64,000 nt of DNA from Malacoraja senta (lineage: Eukaryota), in assembly GCA_038087875.1 (NCBI GenBank), contig CM075987.1, positions 20,708,001-20,772,000 on the forward strand, written 5' to 3'. The translations under genes and the position numbers were made by a program. Numbering within the stretch: position 1 is the first letter of the stretch; every line of letters begins with the position of its first letter. Below, in pieces: positions 13,751-25,648 of this stretch. The notes beneath the pieces were generated by a model. It searched no databases, had not been told where the DNA came from, and saw nothing but the letters and a program-made list of their open reading frames with translations.

Positions 13751-14136
13751 TGAATTTAAAAGGAGCTTTACACCAGAGTATCCTAAATCGATTTTTTACA
13801 CTTAAACATAACTATGCATCCCTTCTTGGAACTTTATTTACCACATCATTCTTAGAGATCTTGCATCCAAATTTGAAAACGCAACCTCTAATTAAATTCA
13901 CATTCTTCCCGTTATTGAGGGCGCATTGCCGATACTCACATTTCTGAAGCTGAACATTGCAATATCTCCACAAAAGGTGTTGGGGGGAAAGTGATAATGG
14001 ATGCAGTTTCATCAAAATATACATCTGAGAAAAAAAATGGAACATTGTGACTGTGAAAGACTTAAAAGAATAAAGGGTTAAATCTTCAGTAGCATCTTGG
14101 CAACAGAGTGAAGAATTAGGCCAACATTTAAATAAT

Positions 14137-14252
14137 TTTATTTGACAAAATGCAGCATTGACATCATGTGATATTGATATTTCCTGAAGATAAAACTATT
14201 TTATCTTGTACTGCACAGTAACCAGTGATTTAAAATGGCTTGCGTTTTTATT
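14137..14252 (-). terminator. Candidate NUP214 polyadenylation signals (AATAAA at 14247-14252 and 14137-14142)
   Basis: tttatt on the + strand, ~115 and ~225 nt past the stop codon in an AT-rich 3' UTR. Confidence 0.55.
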
Positions 14253-14367
14253 CACTGTAAACCGTGGTATCTCTTGCCGTACTAAATTACATTTTCTATA
14301 TGTATATTCTTATATTTAGAGTATATATTATATTTACAAACAAAAACAATGTAAAGCTGCATTGAAT

Positions 14368-14404
14368 TCAGCCCCTCCATCCTCTGGTGAATGACTGATT
14401 GGAC
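14368..14404 (-). CDS. NUP214: NUP214 terminal coding exon: (Q)SNQSFTRGWRG*
   Basis: Acceptor tttctctgcttgcag; ends GWRG-TGA, similar to the mammalian ...FGGWRS* terminus. Confidence 0.9.
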
Positions 14405-17400
14405 CTGCAAGCAGAGAAACAGTATTGAGGCAGAATTAAACAAATTTGATCATAACATCAGACATCAATGAGAAGCTTAACAATGGACTCAAATTAGTTA
14501 TTCATTCATGTGGCAGTGATATTTCAATGAATTTATTAAAACAATTATTTCATAACCCTGATTTTTTAATGTTTTAGATCACAAAAAACAGTTTTGAAAC
14601 TCCCAAGCCTATTTCATGCTGTTTATTTCTTGTGAAACTTTCTTCAGTAATATGTAATAGCTCAGTTCGGAGTAAACTGGCTTCTGTTACATGGAAAGAC
14701 GAGAGAAACTGCTGATGTTCTTCATGGAACAGATGCAGCAAATGAGATTTTATAAAGGTGTTCAAAGTTGCAAGGATTTTTGGAGGACGGCAGGCGGAAT
14801 GATAGCATCAACCATAGAGCAATCAAACATAGTTCCCCTCAAAGAAATCAATATTAAGCCTGCCCAACATCTAGTCAATTAGTTTCTTGGGAGAGGCAAA
14901 GGATAATGAGGGTAATGGGGATGAGCTAGGAAGATTCATGTCCTTTTAAGAATAACACTCAAGAAATTCCAATTCAAGCATCCCAAAGTAATCAGTGGCA
15001 GTTTATGAAAATCAGCCAGTACATTTTTGTAATCAAATCCCTCTCCGGTGAAAACTCCAGAATGATATGCACCCACAGTACAGGAGTACTGCACTGTCAT
15101 TAGTGTTAGCGAAAATGAGTTGGTCAGCGTGGACTTGGTGGGGCAAATGGCCCGCCTGGATGATATATCTCCCTATCTAGGGGTTTCCTAAATTTGGTGG
15201 ATGGTAAATACTGTATAACATTGAAAGGGCACACCAGAATTCCAGTAACTTCATGTACATATTGTTGTAAAACCGTAGCTTTGTGGAAGTACATAGTTCA
15301 ATTTTAATATTAATTCCCTTTTATAAAGTTCACTCACTTCCAGAAAACATTGAACAAAGTTGTCAAAAACAAGCGATGGTGTTTTATTTCATTTGACAGT
15401 CACAATGTACTGCATTTGGTGATCCAATAAATTGTGCCTCTCTTGGTTTACTCCTTAAATTCTTCACTGGATGGACAGTGGACCTGTGGTATTTATTAGT
15501 TGTAAGGAACTTAGCTGAAGAATTAGCTGTGATATTTCTACAACTTCCAAAATATGATAGCATTTCCTTCATTTTTGTCATATCCAAGACAAAGCAGGAA
15601 GCTGCAATTTAAAAAAAAATCCAGTTACATTGATTAATTTTGAATGGAGTAGATTCCATTTTATAATGGAGGCGTTTAATAGAGGCCCTGACGACATCTT
15701 AGTTTAGAGTTTAGAGATGCAGCATGGAAACAGGTCCCATGGATCAGAGTCCACGCCGACCATCGATTACCCATTCACACGAGCTCTGTTATGCCACTTT
15801 CTCATCCACTCCCTACACTGTGGGAAATTTACAGGGACCATATAAGCTACAAACCTGCACGCCTTTGGGATGTAGGAGGAAATCCACGCAGTCACAGGGT
15901 GAACATTTAAACACCACAGAGCCAGCACCCGAGGTCAGGATCAAACCAGGGTCGCTGTTGCTGTTGGGCACCAGCATCACCAGCTGCGTCACCCCTGCTA
16001 AACACTGGTTGCTTTTGTCGTGCTGCAAATATTTCATGCTACTTTATACTATTTTTTATCTAGAAAGGCGTTTTTACCAAACCAAATGACCGATTTTCTC
16101 TCAATCTATCACACATCAGTTCTGACTGCATGATACAATTGAAGCACTGTGCACCATGGAATGTGCAAAAGGTTTTCAAGAACTAAGTTTGAACTGATGT
16201 TATGGTTATATTTTCATTGAAGATTGAACTGGATGACACCCTATCCTCCAGAAAACCCCCCAAAGCTGAATGGACCCAAGAAGCCATTTTGTATCAAAAG
16301 TAGCTTGACAATATAGTTGAAGACTATGTTTTCACAAAGGGAATTCGAAAACTAGTATGGAGTGAACAAAGAAAATCCAATAATTCAGGATTCTCCTGGA
16401 ATGATTAGAATGAGGCCATGTGTGAAAGTGAAATAAATGTATAAGACAGAAAGAAATTGAGTATGTTGATGAAGTATATAAGAAACCAACACTGAAGAGT
16501 ATAAAAACCACCTTTGCCTGGTTGAGCTAAATAAACTGCTTCTATGCTAGACACCATGTGATGTTATATTATCTTGAATGGAGATACGCAGTATTTAAAC
16601 CTAGACTTTCGAGTCAGTGCTGATTATGCATACATTATATTCTGACGATGATCTATTGGGATGATACAAAGTAAGTCTTATGAGACAATGCAGAGGAAGA
16701 GCAACATCCACACAAATCTTATATTATTTGACATACATAATGAGCTATATAATTTAATTAATTTATGCATATCTTTTGATTTGCTGCCAAGATCTCCCTG
16801 TGAGGGCATCATCAGTTATTTTATATTCTTTGGTATCAGGGCATCTTCATAGTCAGCACTTATTGCCCTCTCCCAATTCCCTTGGTAAAATGATGATAAG
16901 CCTTTAACTGCTGCAGTCTTTCAGGTGAAGATATTCCCATGGTCCTGTTGGGCAGGGAGTTCCCAGCCATGATGAAGGATCCAAGTCTGGATGACGCAGA
17001 CTTGGAGAATGTGTGCATGATGATGTTCCCATGCACCTGTGGCCTTCAGCCTCTGGATGGCAGAAGTCATTAAGCTGCAAGTTGTTTTTGAAGTGTAATG
17101 CCTTTCATAAATGATACACACTGCAACCACACTACATAATTTGTGAAGGAGGTTATTAAAGGGTGCCAATCAATCAGGCAACTGAATGGGAGTGAGCTTC
17201 TTGAGAGTTGTTGACATTCATTCATGAAGGCAATTGGAGACTATTCCATCGCACTTCAGCCTTGTAAATTGTGGAAGGACTTTAAATGTGAGGAGGTGAG
17301 TTACTTGTTACAGGATACCCAGCATCTGACCAGTTGTACCAAAATACATTATAGAGTTAACCATGTTTTTCAGAATCAGGCCCTTTGGTCTAACTAGGGC

Positions 17401-18847
17401 ACATGAGACCACAGATGTTAGAATCAATCTCTCCTCAACTCTAGGTGGCTCACACTTCACTCATTCCCCTTTAAAGCGGCTACTTCCCCTCAACTCTAAG
17501 TCCAGATGAAGGGTCTTGATCTTCAACGTCAACTGTCCATTTCCCTCTAGAGATGGTGCCTGACCCACTGTTTCTCCAGATGCTCTCCTTTTTATGGGTA
17601 TGAGCATTCTCCAACCTCATATCATCCTCCAACACAATAAATAAGATGAATCCCAGAGGAAAGGTTAATGGGAAGAATAAAGTCACCAGCTGCAATATAG
17701 CAGAATTACTGAACTTATCAGTATCATGGTAACATAACAATATTGATTTTACCAAAATGCAAAGATAAATATTTGAATTATAAATCTCAGCACTGAGTTA
17801 TGAAAGGGCGAAAGTAATTGCTTGATTTGCATTACAATACACACATCTTAGTTCTGTGTACTGGTTCAACACGGCTAGATCTGATTACTTGGTTTAGGTA
17901 AAACACACCAGTGTGCATCAAGCCAAAGGGAATTGATCCCATTGTATAAGGCATTGTATTAACTACTATACAAAGCAGATGGCCCATGGCACGTTCACAT
18001 TGTGAGAGTAAGTCATTGGAACCAAGTTATAAAAAGAATTACAGCTTTAAAAATTGAGTGCAATAAAATATAGTTCCAAAGACTGTTATAATAATGTAAT
18101 TAAAATATTGGTGGGAATTCCTTGCCACTTGCACCAAAACTGGTAAAGCAATTTTAATATCAATTTTAAATCGACTTTGGATATTTTACTTCACACCCAC
18201 TGCTTCAGTGGAAGCTACCAACTTTTAATCAATTTGGTAGCACTTGGTTAATGGATTAAATCACAAGATCCAAGTAGCTGCTGCTGTTTCAAAGAAATAC
18301 CTGCCATCTCAAACAAAGCACAATTACTTGGACAAAGGGCAGCAGAGTTCTGCTGTGAAAAAATCTGCTATTCAAACAGACAAGAGAAAAATCATACTCA
18401 ATTCTAAAAAATAACCATACAGTCAAAATGGACATTAACAATAGATACATCCAATCAAAACTTTGAAAGAAAATGTACTCAGTTGTTTATTTATTCCTAT
18501 GTTAACACCCTGGAGATTTAAATACAAGAAAATGATATTAATTATATTAAGTGTTTAGCCTTCCATCCGTTCATAGTTTGTATAATAAAGTAGGTTCCTC
18601 AGCTGATTAATTCTTTATTGCATTTGTTACAACGAAACAATCCTCTTACATCAGAATCACAGCAAATAACAGATACACAGCTCATCAAAAACAAGTCAAA
18701 GCATCTGTAATGTAAAACTGGGCAAAATGTCTTTTAGCCCGTAAAGGCTTGGTCATATTTTGTTTTGTAGGTCCAGCTTGTTCATATGTTAAATCGACTC
18801 CAGGTTCTGGTATCAGTTAGAAATGAACTTTCAGCCTCATTACTTAC

Positions 18848-18878
18848 TGATTTGTGGATCCAAAACCACTTCCAAACC
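18848..18878 (-). CDS. NUP214: NUP214 micro-exon (31 nt): GFGSGFGSTN
   Basis: Acceptor tacttttcag, donor gtaagt; two FG motifs; phase 1-2 fits. Confidence 0.9.
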
Positions 18879-19119
18879 CTGAAAAGTAATGAAACATATG
18901 AGAAATTAGTCTGGTCTTGAACATTTTTATCCAAACAATCACTCAGATGTAAAAGGAAGAAAAGCTTGTATTTTGAGAGCACTTTTCTCAATCTTTAGAT
19001 ATCCAGAAAAGTTTTACGTCAACAATATCATTGCAGGAAAATGCAACAGCCACCAGTCACATATGCTTGCACAAGCAATCAATAGTCAAATAAATAATTT
19101 GTTATTATCCAATGTTCAT

Positions 19120-20775
19120 TAATCGTAGTGAGCGTAATTATGCACAAATCGAGAAAGCAGCCCTTGGTATCAACTTTGGAATCAAGAAGTTCCATCAGTA
19201 TCTGTTGGGTAGGAAATTCGCCCTGGTTTCTGATCACAAGCCACTTCTCGCTATTCTTGGTCAGCAATACCTACAATGGCAGCCTCGAGGATGCAGCGTT
19301 GTGCAGTTCTCCTGTCACAGTATGACTACAGCATGAGTACCGCAGCTCAAAAGAAAATGCTATCGCTGATGCATTGTCGCGTTTGCCTCATGAAGAATCA
19401 GATGTGGGCACTGAAGGTGCTATCTACATCACAGAAGCAGTGGACAATGACTTTCCAGTCACAGCAGCTGCAATTGCTGCTGAAACTCAAAAGGACACAG
19501 TGCAAAAACAAGTATATGAACAAACTTTGTGTGGAAGGTCAGAAATAAAACCATGTACTAATGAACTAAAATGTTATCACAATAGACGACATGAACTGTC
19601 ATGTGAGAAAGGGTGTATTAAATGGGGTCACAGAGTAGTTGTGCCCAATTGTTTAAGACAAAGATTACTTAAAGAACTCCATAGTGAACACACAGGTGTT
19701 GTGGGAATGAAGTCAACAGCCAGAGGTTGCATGTATTGGTCAGGATTGGACAATGACGTGGAAGCAATGGCAAGCAAATGTAGCACCTGTCAGTTGTGGA
19801 AGTAGGCCTGCCCAAACCACTTTGCAAACATGGTCCTGGCCTACCAGACCTTTTCAGAGGGTTCATGTGGATTTTTGTGAACACAGGAATAATAATGTTC
19901 TTGTTTTAGCAGATAGCCACTCAAAGTGGATTGAGGTGGTACGTATGGGTGCAAACACAACAGAAAGAACAATAGACGCATTGAGGCCTATCTTTGCGTG
20001 TCATGGATTACCTGAACAGCTTGTCTCTGACAACGACCCCCAATTTTGTGCTGCACTGTTCCAAACTTTCATGAAGCTAAATGGTATCAAGCATACCTTA
20101 GTGCCAACTTACCATCCGGCATCTAACGGCACAACCGACAGGTCAGTCAGGATAGTCAAAGCAGCTCTCAAGACACAACCTCTTGAAGGGAATTCAAAAT
20201 TCAGTATATCACAGGGGCTAGCTAGTTTCTTACTGAAATATCATACCACGCCACAATCTACCACAGGGTATAGGCCAGCTGAACTCATGAAAAGAATGCT
20301 CAGAATTAGACTGAGTTTGGTTCTACCTAACCTATCGCCCAAGGTTAAACGCAAACAATCTGATCAGAAATGTCATTATGGTGGAAGTCAAAAAGAACAT
20401 AGGTTCAAAACACATGAACAGGTTCGTGTTCTCAGCCTCCCTTACAAAGCAAACAAATGGGAGGTAGGAACAGTAGTTGAAGTGTGTGGTACCAGGAGGT
20501 ACTTGGTAGAAATTGGAGGACATACGAGAAGTGTGCACATACACCATATGATCCCAGCAACGGATGAACCAGTACAAGAGCAAAGCATAGATAAAGTAGC
20601 AGATATGTCAGACCTTGGTATTATACCAAGTTCAGATGTAAGAGCAGAATCTCCAAAGAAAGTAGAGACAAAGGTAAATGATCCTGAACTTGACTCTCCT
20701 TACGAACCACAACCTGACACTCCCCCTAAACCACTCAGGAGATCAGAAAGAGTGCGTAAACCAATCATCAGATAA
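19120..20775 (+). mobile_element. Gypsy-type LTR retrotransposon pol remnant (RNase H, integrase), frameshifted, 5'-truncated
   Basis: [37 protein letters not shown] (RNase H); ELHSEHTGVVGMK..CSTCQ (Zn-binding); WSWPTRPFQRVHVDF..VSDNDPQF..YHPASNG (integrase core); ends LRRSERVRKP. Confidence 0.93.
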
Positions 20776-20913
20776 AATTAATAAAATTATTCTTGTTTGT
20801 CTAATTTACAAGTTAGTATACTTTCTAAGGAGAGCGCAGTGTAGTGTATATAATGGTAACTATAACTTTTAAGAACCGTACTAGAATGGTATGATTTGTG
20901 TCATGTGATATAT

Positions 20914-22499
20914 ATATATATATATTTTTTTAATTTGTATTTTATTAGAAGTACATTACATTACAACCACATACATTAGTACTTGTCATTTATATCTTCT
21001 TACAATTAATGTACTCCATTTATTTTTTACACTAGAAAAGGAAAAGATTGAAAGAAAGAAGAAAGTGAAGGAAAAAGTGGAAGTGTAGGAAATGTGACAA
21101 CAAAAAAGGACAAAGACCCTATAAGAGCAAAATTAAAAACAAAAGAAAAAGAGTTAAGAAATAGACCCTAGGAAAAAAAGAAAAAAAGAAAGAGAGAAAG
21201 AGGAAAAAGAGAGAAACAAATATTTTTATGAGCATTACCAACTCTTCAACTATCATCCCCCCTTACCTGACCTCAATTTTTTTTTTTTTAAAGTACTTTT
21301 GCACCTTATGTTTGTAATAATTCTATAAATGCAGACTACGTCAGGTGGAAATTATCTGGTTTACCTGCTAGGAGGAGTCTTATCTCTTCTAGGTGTAATG
21401 TTTCAAACATATTTGAAATCCACATATTTATAGCTGGTATTGGAGCCTTCTTCCAAAATTTTAGAATTAGCTTTTTTCCAGTTATTAACCCATAGTCCAT
21501 TAGTTTCTTTTGAAACACATTTAGTTCTGGACCATCTTCCGTTATACCGAAGATAATCCATTCTGCTTTGGGTATCAGTCTTGTTTTAAATAACTTTGTA
21601 AAGATTACAAAAATTTCATTCCAAAATTTTTGAATTTTTGTACAAGAAACGAATGAGTGCGTTATAGTAGCTTCTTGGGATTGACATTTATCACAAATAG
21701 ATGATACATTTGGGAAAATTTTATGAATTTTAGTTTTCGAATAATATAATCTATGTAAAATTTTAAATTGTATTAAAGTGTGTCTTACATTAATCGAGCA
21801 TTTATGCACGTTTAATAAGTATTCATTCCAACTTTCCTTTGAAATTTTAATAGCTAACTCTTGTTCCCAGTCTCTTCTGATACCCTCTGTAGATGGTATT
21901 TGTGCATTTAAGATAATATTATACAAATATGATATTAAGTTTGCTGATTCCGCTTTTATCTGCATTGCCTCGTCCAGTACATCTGCTGGGTTATTATGAT
22001 GATCTTTTGTATATTTTTTCAAATAGTCGCATATTTGAAAATATTTAAAATATTGATTATTTCCGAGTTTATATTTTATTTGTAATTGTTGAAATGAAAG
22101 TAATTTTCCAGTTTCATACAAGTCACCAAGCGTTTTAATTCCTAATCTATCCCATTGTGTATAAGCTTTATCTATAATAGAAGGATTAAACGAAGGGTTA
22201 TTGACTATAGGTAATAAAAGTGATACATTTCTTAATTTTAAATTTTGTTTTATTTGTTTCCAAATTCGGATTGTACTATGAATAATTGGGTTCTTATTAT
22301 AATTTATGTTATTCAATTTCATTGGAGAGAGGAGGATCGCTCCAATGTTTCTAGAGGAGCAATCCTCTTTCTCCATTACAATCCAGTCCGCTTGTTGGGC
22401 GGAGTTATCCATCAGTTGAATCATATTTTTAATATTTACTGACCAATAATAATACATAAAATTAGGTAGTGCTAAACCCCCTAATACTTAGGTTTATTC
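20914..22499 (-). mobile_element. 5'-truncated L1/Tx1-like LINE (ORF2 C-terminus, 3' UTR, AATAAA, A/TA tail)
   Basis: GGLALPNFMYYYW...IQFKILHRLY...CDKCQSQEATITHSFVSC (zf-RVT/CCHC); AATAAA at 20941-20946(-) followed by an A-rich/(TA)n tail. Confidence 0.92.
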
Positions 22500-22588
22500 A
22501 GTGCGTAAACCAATCATCAGATAAAATTAATAAAATTATTCTTGTTTGTCTAATTTACAAGTTAGTATACTTACTAAGGAGAGCGCAG

Positions 22589-22798
22589 TGTAGTGTATAT
22601 AATGGTAACTATAACTTTTAAGAACCGTACTAGAATGGTATGATTTGTGTCATGTGATATATTATATATCTTATCAGTCTCGTGAATGTGCGAGTATGCG
22701 GAGAGTACTTTTGTAGAATAAAGACCCACACTGGCAACAGCGTGTACTGAAAACCTGCGCTTGCTTCTATCTACATGCTGAAGCCGTAATATCTTACA
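22589..22798 (+). mobile_element. 3' LTR of the Gypsy element
   Basis: Preceded by purine tract aaggagagcgcag; begins TGTAG; AATAAA at 22717-22722; ends ...cttaCA (the end could alternatively be 22775). Confidence 0.7.
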
Positions 22799-24160
22799 TG
22801 ATCCATTTTAACATGATAATCTTGATTGACTCGGCACTCATCTCAACTCATTCCTTGCTGATGTACTCTGGACTAATGTTTCACTTGAGTTGATAATTTT
22901 AATGAACTCTACAATCACAGATATGAGATTACTTACAAAGCTGAGGAAGTGTCTTAAATCACACATAGCCCTATAGTGACCAGTGTTTGCCAAATAATAT
23001 TAGCACCTGATTAGGGAATACAATATTCAGATACTCCTCCTTTACAAATACTTTGTTTTCTTGATCATTCCCATGTCTTGACTCTATAATCTTTAGAGGT
23101 AGATAGCTGCAGTCTCTAAAGCTCCTGTTTCAAATGTTCCACAACTGTAACTGCATTGTGAGCAGCCATGGCCCAAAATATTGGAATTATTTCCTTCAAC
23201 CTCCTTCGCTTCTCTTTCCTCTTTTACGATGCCCATTAAATACTTTCTCTTTCACCAAGCCTTTGCTCAACAATCCTAACATCACCTTGTATTGGGATTG
23301 AACAGGTTGACGAATAAGTGTAGAAACCTCAATGAATGCCCACTTCTGTTTTAGTCTTTTGCATTCCCATTCTTCTGCTCCAATCTGCTGAAATTTCCTG
23401 TGTGTTCCTGTCCCTTTCATTCAATCAAGCATAAGCTGTGACCCATTCTATTCTAGAAAGCCGAGCACAAAATCTAAACAGAGCAGTTCTGAGGAAGTAC
23501 AGTCAGAAACGTTAATAGCTTTTTGGTTTAGTTTAGCTTATTGTCAATTGTACCAAGATCCAGTCAACGGAAAACCTATACATGATTACAATCAAGTCGC
23601 CTACAAAGTACAAATACAAACATAAAAAAGGGAATAACGTTTAGTGCAAGATAAAGTCCAGTAAAGTCCGATTAAAGATAGTCCTAGAGTCTCCAATGAG
23701 GTAGATTGTAGCTCAGGTCCGCTCTCTAGTTGGTGATAGGATGGTTAAGTGTAAGTTGTCCTTGATTATGCTGATGGCCTTTATGGGATCTTGAAATGCA
23801 CAAACTTTACTTTGCAATTCCAACTCTGACCGCTCACTTGGCAGGACTAATTCCCAATCTACGAATGCCCTGTTAAAGAGGACAAGACCTTAAAGAAATT
23901 ACATTGGACAAGCCATCTTTTTGTGTCTATCTTTGGTTTAAACCAGCATCTGCAGTTCCTTCCTACACACTTCACAAGGATAAGAAGTGTGTGCTACTCC
24001 AGCTCTGTGTGTCCATCACAAGGATAAGAACCCTTGTTGTTAGTGGTCAAAACCCATCAGCAATGTTAATAGGGCTGAATGATCTGTTTTTATGCTGTAA
24101 AATGCTAAAATAGAACACTATTCAAATCAAATTTCAGCCAAAAACCATAGGAACCCTTAC

Positions 24161-24303
24161 CTCCTGTGTTAGATCCAAAGCCCGAAAAGCCAGTCCCCTG
24201 TTGGCCAAAGCCAGGTCCCTGTTGGGGCACTGATCCAAAAGGTGCAGGACTGGGTTGATTTGCTAGGCTTCCAAATGAATTTGCACTGGAATTGCTTCCA
24301 AAC
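24161..24303 (-). CDS. NUP214: NUP214 exon (143 nt): [16 protein letters not shown]...[10 protein letters not shown]
   Basis: Acceptor gttcacacag, donor gtaagg; FG repeats; phase 2-1. Confidence 0.95.
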
Positions 24304-25513
24304 CTGTGTGAACAATTATGTACAACTGAAGAGATATAGAAAGTGCGCTTGAATAATCAGTGTGAAAGTCTTAGTGCAATAGGACCATTAACCAGAAACA
24401 TCAACTCTGTTTCTCTTTCTACACATGCTCCTGCTGAGTTATTCCAGCATTTCCTCTGCCATTTTTGTCATGCTATATTAATATCTAACTCTTTGGACAT
24501 CACTGACAAAGCCAGCAATTATTTCAGAGTCCAAGATGCTGAAGAACTGCCGACCTTTCTCTTGAACCAATGACATTTATTTGGTAAAGGTGCTCCTGCA
24601 GTCATGTTGTCTTACACATCGTGGGGTTTGCCCCAGAAACAATGAATAAATATACTTGCCAGACATGTATTACTGCCGGGGTCATTAAGAGCCAGGAGCA
24701 ACACCATGGCCTTCTAGGTGTTTGCTTAACCATCTGGTGGAGGTTGTTGGCGGTTTATGGAAGCGTTGCCCCACCGCAGCCTTTGAAATACCGGGCCTTG
24801 AAATTGCTAGAAAATGTAGCCCACACAGTTTATCTCGCCAAATACAAACCCAACTGAAAACTCTGCAATCATGAGCACACATCCCAATTTCTGGTTTCAT
24901 TAGTAAAAGCAAGGTCATTGATGAGATTGCTGAAGGTCAAGGATTCTGCTCTAAACCATTTCCTGCAATGATGTCAAAGGCCGAGATGATTGCCCACTAA
25001 CAGGGTCTCACTTCATCTACCACCAGAATTTTCTCATTGATCCCCTGCAACTATTTCTCCTTGATCCCCTGTACTACCTGATGTCAAATAATTTCACATC
25101 GGAGCAGTCTATCTTAACGCTGGAACTTTGTTTCCATTTATATGAAGACCTAGGGGCATAAACCAGGTCAGAAGCAAAAGAACCCAATTAAGCATTAAAA
25201 AGAAAGTCATTGGCTATTACTGGATCTTCCATCACTTTGCTGATGAATAAGTGTAACCAATCAAACCAGTCAATGGTTAGGGTCACTGAATGCAAGCAGG
25301 ACATACCTGGTCAAATCTCCACTTTGAGGAGTTACTAGTCATGCAGCTGTGGTGAATACATTTAACATAAAGTGTAGCTAGTCCTTTTTAGTCCTCAGTA
25401 TTACAGCTGAGATATTATCAAGGCTCTTGGCCTTTGCAATAGTGGGACACGAATTTGCTGAAATGCACTTTCCACGCTACGGCAGTATTAAAGGAGGAAA
25501 CAGCTGATTGTTT

Positions 25514-25648
25514 GAAGTCTGAAGAAGGGCCTCGACCCGAAACGTCACCCATTCCTTCTCTCCAGAGATGCTGCCTGTCCTGCTGAGTAACTCCAGCATT
25601 TTGTGTCTACCTTCGATTTAAACCAGCATCTGCAGTTCTTTCCTACAC
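25514..25648 (+). mobile_element. Short Penelope-terminal-repeat-derived element with 13-bp TSD
   Basis: cagctgattgttt at 25501-25513 and 25649-25661 flanks gaagtctgaagaagggcctcgacccgaaacgtc...tcctacac. Confidence 0.85.

Noticed and set aside
16241-16265. Possible alternative last exon reading FGGFSGG* in the correct phase
   Set aside because: Weak acceptor, only 25 nt and plausibly chance; 14368-14404 has a strong acceptor and the conserved GWR ending
20751-20913. The two 163-bp repeats as the paired LTRs of an LTR element
   Set aside because: The repeat begins inside the Gypsy ORF, includes the PPT, covers only part of the LTR and encloses a non-LTR element
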